From the NCBI GenBank assembly GCA_027001995.1, contig JALTLO010000059.1:8409-20470 (forward strand): a stretch of DNA of 12,062 nt, read 5' to 3'. The position numbers and the translations under genes were made by a program. Positions 6,763 through 12,062 of the stretch are shown in pieces. The notes below the pieces were generated by a model. That model made no database searches. It worked only from the letters and a program-made list of their open reading frames with translations, and was not told the DNA's origin. Source of the DNA: Planctomycetota bacterium (GTDB lineage: Bacteria > Planctomycetota > GCA-002687715 > DRQF01). How positions within the stretch are numbered: the stretch's first letter is position 1; each line of letters begins with the position of its first letter.

Positions 6763-7773
6763 ATGAAGCTCATTGAAAATATGCGGAAGCAGGCCCTGGA
6801 AGAACTTGCATTGGCTGGGGACGCCGGGGGCCTGGAAAAGTGGCGTATTCACTATCTTGGCAAAAAGGGGCCAGTTCAGGGCTTGATGAAGGAACTGAAA
6901 AGCCTTCCCAAGGAAGATAAGCCGGTATTCGGGCAGCTCGTCAATAAGCTGAAGAATGAGTTGAAAGAAGCTCATGGTGTAGCGAAAGAACGGTTGGGGG
7001 CGGCCCCCAAGAGCGGGGGCGACGAAGACCTCACACTTCCGGGCATCCCGCCACTGATTGGCACCCGCCATCCCATCACACAAATGATGGAGCAGATGAT
7101 CTCTTGCATGAAATCATTGGGCTTTGAAGTCGCAGAAGGCCCAGAGGTGGAAGATGAATTTCACAACTTCAATGCTCTCAACATTCCTGAGAACCACCCC
7201 GCTCGGTCTGAAGCGGATAATTTTTATCTGTCTGACAATCAACTGTTGCGCAGCCAAACTTCCACCGTGCAGATTCGGGTGATGGAGAACCGGAAGCCCC
7301 CTTTGCGCATTATCGCTCCAGGTCGGGTCTATCGTCCGGACTCCGTGGATGCTAGCCACCATTATATGTTCCATCAGATCGAAGGGCTTGCAGTGGACAA
7401 GGGTTTGACCATGCAAGACATGAAGTCGACCTTGATTCAGTTCTTTGCCGGTTTGTTTGGTGAGGACTTAGAGATTCGTTTGCGCCCGAACTTCTTCCCC
7501 TTCACGGAACCGAGCGCAGAAGTGGATGTGGCTTGCCCTTTCTGTAAAGGCAAAGGCTGCTCTACATGCCAGCAAAAAGGCTGGATCGAAATGGGCGGTT
7601 GCGGCATGGTTGACCCCAACGTATTCAAAGCCGTGGGGTATGATCCGGACGTCTATACTGGATTTGCGTTCGGCCTAGGCATCGAGCGCATGGCCATGCG
7701 TCGTTTTGGAATTCCGGATATTCGGTACCTAACTGAAAACGACGTGCGTTTTCTCAGTCAATTTCCAGGTTAG
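6763..7773 (+). CDS. pheS: Phenylalanine--tRNA ligase alpha subunit
   Basis: YLGKKG coiled-coil arm, NFNALNIPENHPAR, LLRSQTSTVQIR, FHQIEGL, FFPFTEPSAEVD, GFAFGLGIERMAM, ENDVRFLSQF; contains a CPFC-KGKG-CSTC insert. Start is ATG 6763 or TTG 6760. Confidence 0.99.
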   Translation: MKLIENMRKQALEELALAGDAGGLEKWRIHYLGKKGPVQGLMKELKSLPKEDKPVFGQLVNKLKNELKEAHGVAKERLGAAPKSGGDEDLTLPGIPPLIGTRHPITQMMEQMISCMKSLGFEVAEGPEVEDEFHNFNALNIPENHPARSEADNFYLSDNQLLRSQTSTVQIRVMENRKPPLRIIAPGRVYRPDSVDASHHYMFHQIEGLAVDKGLTMQDMKSTLIQFFAGLFGEDLEIRLRPNFFPFTEPSAEVDVACPFCKGKGCSTCQQKGWIEMGGCGMVDPNVFKAVGYDPDVYTGFAFGLGIERMAMRRFGIPDIRYLTENDVRFLSQFPG

Positions 7774-7842
7774 TCACAAGTCAAACAAACATCGAAGGAC
7801 ATTCCTTTGATGCCCGCTGCAAATAGATGAAGGAACGCTCCG

Positions 7843-9867
7843 ATGAAAGCGACCTACAATTGGATCAAAGAATACGTTCCAAGCTTCGATGGTGACATTC
7901 GGGAGATGTGTGAACGTTTCACCATGTCAGGAATGGAAGTGGAGTACTTCGAGCCTGCCGGCGATGATTTCATGATTGAATTCGCCGTGACTTCTAACCG
8001 CGTTGACTGTTTGGGCATATTGGGTTTGGCCCGGGATTTAGCAGCGGCATGCAAGTTGAGCTTGGTGAAACCGCAATTAGAACCTGTCATGAATAACGCT
8101 CAGGCTTCAGGGGCTTGCGGAGTCGAAATTCAGGCCAAAGAAGAATGCCCTCGATATACGGCTATGGTCATTGAAGGGGTAAAAGTAGGGCCTTCACCTG
8201 CTTGGATGGTTGAGAAGTTGGAGGCCATTGGCCTGCGAAGCGTAAACAACATCGTTGATGCCACGAACTATGCACTCTTCGTCACCAATCAGCCCTTTCA
8301 TGCCTTTGATCTCGACAAATTGCATGATGGCAAGATCATTATTCGGCAAGCAAAAGCAGGGGAGACTTTGCTTGCTTTGAATGACAAGTCCTATGACCTT
8401 GACCCTACGATGACGGTGATTGCCGACGGGAAGGGCCCGGTTGCCATCGCTGGTGTTATGGGTGGTGGTCCCACGGAAGTCACAGAAAAAACAACACGGG
8501 TTCTTCTCGAAACCGCTTATTTTGAGCCCATTCGAATTCGTAGCACTTCAAAGAAACTTGGGTTGTCTTCAGATAGCTCGTTTCGTTTTGAGCGTGGTAT
8601 CGATGCGGAAGGAACTCTCATCGCAGCTCAATATTGTGCCGCGCTTATTGCCGAAGTGGCTGGTGGTACTCTGCGTCAAGGTGTTGTGGAAGAGAACTTC
8701 GTTGAGTCTCGCAACGACAAGATTGATTTCCGTCACGAAGAAGTGAAGCGCATTGTGGGAATTGATGTCCCATGGGCTACTTGTCGGGAAATCTTCGAAC
8801 GACTCGAATTTGAAGTTGCTGGAGACCCTGCCTCGGGAATTCAAGTTGCCGTGCCACGGTTTCGTGGTGATGTGAATCGCGAAATTGACTTGATTGAAGA
8901 AGTGATCCGCAACCACGGACTCCACATGATTCCTGCAGGAACGAATATGTCCGTCATGACTGTGCAGGAAAGTCGTGACCAAAACATTCGTCGTTTAGTT
9001 CGCAATGGATTGGTCGCTGCTGGATACCAAGAAACTCTGACGACATCGTTTTGTGGTGAAGAAGAAGCCGCGGGATGCTTTTTTGCGGACACGGCTCCGG
9101 TGACCATCGCTAACGCCATGCGCAAAGATGAGAATGCTTTGCGCCAAAGTTTGATGCCGTCGATGCTCAAAGTGCGGAAGACGAATCAGAATCATGGCAA
9201 CAATGATGTGCGCCTCGTCGAATGCACTGTTGTTTATTTGGCCCATCATCCCAAAGACTTGCCTGAGCATTTGCCGATCGTCGGAATGCTCTCTGATGGT
9301 AATTTCCGTGGTTTACGGGGGGATGTCGAAAGGGTGTGTGCTGCCATCGGAATTCGTGATCTGAGATTCGAGCCTTTGACAGAAAAGGGTGCCCAGCTCT
9401 TGGAAGCTGACAAGTCTGTCTCGATTCTTGATGGGGATGGCGTGGTTCTTGGGTTCATGGGGCAACCCAAGGCTAATATTCTGAAACACCACGATCTGAA
9501 ACATGCTCCCTTGTATGTCGAGTTGCGACTGGACTCGTTGACAGAGCGGGCCAACTTGGAACCCAAGTATCAGCCGCTTTCTCGCTTTCCCGCAGTTCAC
9601 CGCGATTTGGCCGTGGTCGTAGATCAAGGCACCCGATGGGCAGAAATTGCCGGTGTTCTGGGCGCACTCCAATTACCGAACTTGGAGAGCTTGGAATTCT
9701 TTGATGAATACCGGGGCAAGCAGTTGGACGCAGGCAAGAAAAGTTTGGCATTTTCTCTGACCTATCGCAGCGGGGATCGCACTCTCACAGGAGAGGAAGT
9801 GGATGCCAGTCAAGCGTTGGCCATGGAAGCTTTGGAAGCGAAGCTTGGCGCTCAGATTCGCAAATAA
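7843..9867 (+). CDS. pheT: Phenylalanine--tRNA ligase beta subunit, short form without the B2 OB-fold
   Basis: NWIKEYV, VTSNRVDCLGILGLARDL, NNIVDATNY, QPFHAFD, SSFRFERG, RGDVNREIDLIEEVIR, C-terminal FPAVHRDLA...FFDEYRG...KKSLAF...DRTLT; AAGGA SD at 7830-7834. Confidence 0.98.
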   Translation: MKATYNWIKEYVPSFDGDIREMCERFTMSGMEVEYFEPAGDDFMIEFAVTSNRVDCLGILGLARDLAAACKLSLVKPQLEPVMNNAQASGACGVEIQAKEECPRYTAMVIEGVKVGPSPAWMVEKLEAIGLRSVNNIVDATNYALFVTNQPFHAFDLDKLHDGKIIIRQAKAGETLLALNDKSYDLDPTMTVIADGKGPVAIAGVMGGGPTEVTEKTTRVLLETAYFEPIRIRSTSKKLGLSSDSSFRFERGIDAEGTLIAAQYCAALIAEVAGGTLRQGVVEENFVESRNDKIDFRHEEVKRIVGIDVPWATCREIFERLEFEVAGDPASGIQVAVPRFRGDVNREIDLIEEVIRNHGLHMIPAGTNMSVMTVQESRDQNIRRLVRNGLVAAGYQETLTTSFCGEEEAAGCFFADTAPVTIANAMRKDENALRQSLMPSMLKVRKTNQNHGNNDVRLVECTVVYLAHHPKDLPEHLPIVGMLSDGNFRGLRGDVERVCAAIGIRDLRFEPLTEKGAQLLEADKSVSILDGDGVVLGFMGQPKANILKHHDLKHAPLYVELRLDSLTERANLEPKYQPLSRFPAVHRDLAVVVDQGTRWAEIAGVLGALQLPNLESLEFFDEYRGKQLDAGKKSLAFSLTYRSGDRTLTGEEVDASQALAMEALEAKLGAQIRK

Positions 9868-9961
9868 CTTGTCCGTCAGCGAATCAAGTTGACCTGTTTC
9901 GCGGTCTCAAGAAAAGCAGTTGGCATGCTTGACTCGAGGGTGCAAGGAGTCAATCGACGTC

Positions 9962-12061
9962 CTATTTTCCCTTGATGGTCAATGCGTTGCTGAAGCTCAA
10001 TCCACCGGGGAGTCCAAGGATCCGCGCCTGCACTGTGATGGCATTCTTGCTGGTCTTGGGAATCTTGGCTTGGCCATAATGCAAAGAGCCGTTCACCTTC
10101 ATACCCAACGGTAAAGACAGCAGTTGGTTTCGCTTGACCCAGCGTCCACTGTTGTGTTGGGTCTTGAGACCTGGACCCTTGGCCACCAGGAGCTCGGCGG
10201 AAGCTCCTTGGGGCAAACCGATGACAACGAAATTAAGAGTACCTGGGTCGTTTGTTCTTCGGTTGACCAATTCGAGGCGTATGGTTGGTTGGGGATTCGT
10301 TCCTTGGGATTCTCGAAGGCCCACTGCGAATTCTGTATATCCAAACGCCCGTTCGTGGCCCTCGCCAAAAGGCGTAGCCAATGCGGCTCCAGACAAACGA
10401 CCCGCAGCAGCCAGGAGATTCAATCGCGCAGCACTCAGACTGCGAACACCATCGACGTCGGCGTCGTATCGCCAGGTGTTGGTGTTGAAGACGAAATTCT
10501 GTTTCTTGCCATCCAGTCTCGACTCCAAGATGAGATCACAGTCCTTCGCCACCGCGCGGCTCTGTAGTAGGACGATTTCGTTAAGCAAGGCTGTGGTATT
10601 CGCTGTTTGCCAATTGACCAAGTAACGATGCCCCACGATGGGTGCTGTCCCCGTGTCGAACGCCTGGAGGAATGCCACCAAGTTGTCTTTCTCACTGGTG
10701 GGCATGAGGCTGAACGCTGGGATGTCCAGGAAGAGGCGCATGGTGGGTAAGCCTCCATCATGGGCAAACCCAAAACCAACTTTGGAGGGTGATCCATTGA
10801 TGGGAGCTTCCCCGCGGCGAAAGAGACCCCTGAGTTGAGGTGTATTGGTGGGCTGGCTGGGACCAATGAAAGTTTGAGGAATCGGCAAGACGATTTCTTT
10901 CCCTGAGCCATCTTCTCCCCCGTGGCAATCGGCACAGGTAAGTTGAAAACCTCCGGGGAAAGCGACGGCGGGAAGTGTGTCAAAGGCCACTTTGCCTGCG
11001 GCGGCCGACGCTGGCAGGGTTCGGTCTAGGTTCTGGTTGGGATTTCCTGGGTGGCTGATATGGGTGAGGAAGTGCGCCAATAGGTCGATGTCTTTGTTGT
11101 TGAGCAGAGCCCCCCCCAAGAGACTTACGAATGCACCATTGAAGTCTTGGATGCGTGGCTTGTCGCCTCGCCAATGATAGGGAGCGTTGGTCTTGAGTCC
11201 CCGCAATGTCTGGGTGACCATGGGACCTTTCATGGGGTGGTAGTTGAAAGGAGGAAATGCGTTGGCGGGGAAACTCGGATGTGGCACCTGGGCAGGAACA
11301 GGAGTCATGGTGCCTCCTGGGTCTCCCAGGTCCCAAGAAAGCAGGTCATGTTCGCCATCGATGTGGCAAGAAGCGCAAGATACCGTGCCGTCTGCTGAAA
11401 GTTTGGCATCGTAGAGGAGGCCTTGTCCACGGCGCCATTCTGGAGACATAGGGTCGAATCCCAGGGAAACTTCCCCTGTGACTTGAGCTGTGGTTGTGTT
11501 TATGACGGAAACCGATTGGGACATGCGATTATAGACGTAGAGCACGTCGCCGTTTTGTGTCAACGCTAGTCCCCTGGGGCCACGTTTCGTTGCATGTGAA
11601 TCTGCTTGGCTGAATGGTCCGGCGAGATCGATGCGTCTAACAACTTCGCCTTGGTCGGACACTTGAGCTACCCGGTCGCTCCCTTGCGCCGCAACCCAGA
11701 TCCGTCGCCTTGTGGCATCTATGACGAGGGCTGTGGGTTCTGAAATCGCGAGGGACTTAGTCTTAGGAGTCACCCCTGTGTTGAGGTCATGATCGATGGT
11801 GGCGTTGCTCAAGACATCGACGAACGTGAGCCCTGAGTCGTAGTAGTTCGACTTCAAGTTGGGTTCAAAACTAATGGCATTGCGGGCGTCGGTTTTTGCC
11901 ACCACGATGATTCCGGTGAGAGGGTCGATGGTAAAGTCATAGTTGATCGTGCCCACTCCGGTGACTTGGGCAGAAATGGTGTCCGTTGCCACATCAATCC
12001 GGATCAAGTCAATGTCAGGGACGACGAGGGGGTGAGACGCCCACATAGGATCATCCAGGGA
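9962..12061 (-). CDS. YVTN/YncE-like beta-propeller fused to a di-heme cytochrome c peroxidase/MauG-like domain (5' truncated by window edge)
   Basis: Propeller blades EPTALVID..RRIWVAAQGSDRVAQV and GPRGLAL...LYVYNRMSQSVSVIN; CXXCH motifs CASCH (11363-11377) and CADCH (10922-10936); CcP-like motifs YDAKLSADGTVSCASCH, TQTLRG, PYHWRGD, TPQLRG, FAHDG, LVAFL. The frame stays open beyond ATG 12046 to the edge (S-L-D-D-P-M). Confidence 0.85.
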   Translation of the reverse strand, partial: SLDDPMWASHPLVVPDIDLIRIDVATDTISAQVTGVGTINYDFTIDPLTGIIVVAKTDARNAISFEPNLKSNYYDSGLTFVDVLSNATIDHDLNTGVTPKTKSLAISEPTALVIDATRRRIWVAAQGSDRVAQVSDQGEVVRRIDLAGPFSQADSHATKRGPRGLALTQNGDVLYVYNRMSQSVSVINTTTAQVTGEVSLGFDPMSPEWRRGQGLLYDAKLSADGTVSCASCHIDGEHDLLSWDLGDPGGTMTPVPAQVPHPSFPANAFPPFNYHPMKGPMVTQTLRGLKTNAPYHWRGDKPRIQDFNGAFVSLLGGALLNNKDIDLLAHFLTHISHPGNPNQNLDRTLPASAAAGKVAFDTLPAVAFPGGFQLTCADCHGGEDGSGKEIVLPIPQTFIGPSQPTNTPQLRGLFRRGEAPINGSPSKVGFGFAHDGGLPTMRLFLDIPAFSLMPTSEKDNLVAFLQAFDTGTAPIVGHRYLVNWQTANTTALLNEIVLLQSRAVAKDCDLILESRLDGKKQNFVFNTNTWRYDADVDGVRSLSAARLNLLAAAGRLSGAALATPFGEGHERAFGYTEFAVGLRESQGTNPQPTIRLELVNRRTNDPGTLNFVVIGLPQGASAELLVAKGPGLKTQHNSGRWVKRNQLLSLPLGMKVNGSLHYGQAKIPKTSKNAITVQARILGLPGGLSFSNALTIKGK

Positions 12062-12062
12062 G

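Noticed and set aside
9868..9961. Bidirectional terminator between pheT and the convergent gene
   Set aside because: Only a 7-bp inverted repeat TTGACTC/GAGTCAA (9929-9953) with an 11-nt loop and no U tract; not supportable as an intrinsic terminator.
10099..11451. Alternative-frame ORFs overlapping the cytochrome gene, and similar short ORFs over other genes
   Set aside because: They overlap well-supported CDSs and show no protein-family signatures.
10340..12061. Calling the minus-strand gene hydrazine synthase, MauG or nitrite reductase
   Set aside because: Only the architecture is shared; no partner genes are visible and orthology cannot be shown without a phylogeny.

Overview
Bacterial chromosomal window that is mostly housekeeping. 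On the + strand: the 3' end of the F1Fo ATP synthase operon (partial atpD, atpC, terminator), aspS, then thrS-infC-rpmI-rplT-pheS-pheT. One convergent - strand gene runs off the right edge; it encodes beta-propeller repeats fused to a di-heme cytochrome c peroxidase/MauG-like domain, plus an extra C-terminal beta-rich domain. I see no tRNA, rRNA, CRISPR array or mobile element, and I cannot claim a complete new system. The best leads are: (i) an 18-codon ORF that exactly bridges the thrS stop and the TTG start of infC; (ii) a linker-free three-way-junction RNA upstream of rplT, a candidate L20 leader; (iii) the propeller/di-heme fusion and its possible C-terminal sorting domain; (iv) a 13-7-13 palindrome upstream of the thrS promoter; (v) PheT lacking the B2 OB-fold; (vi) AspRS with mixed discriminating/non-discriminating signatures. 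All RNA structures were paired by eye and protein identities come from recognised motifs; no searches were run.
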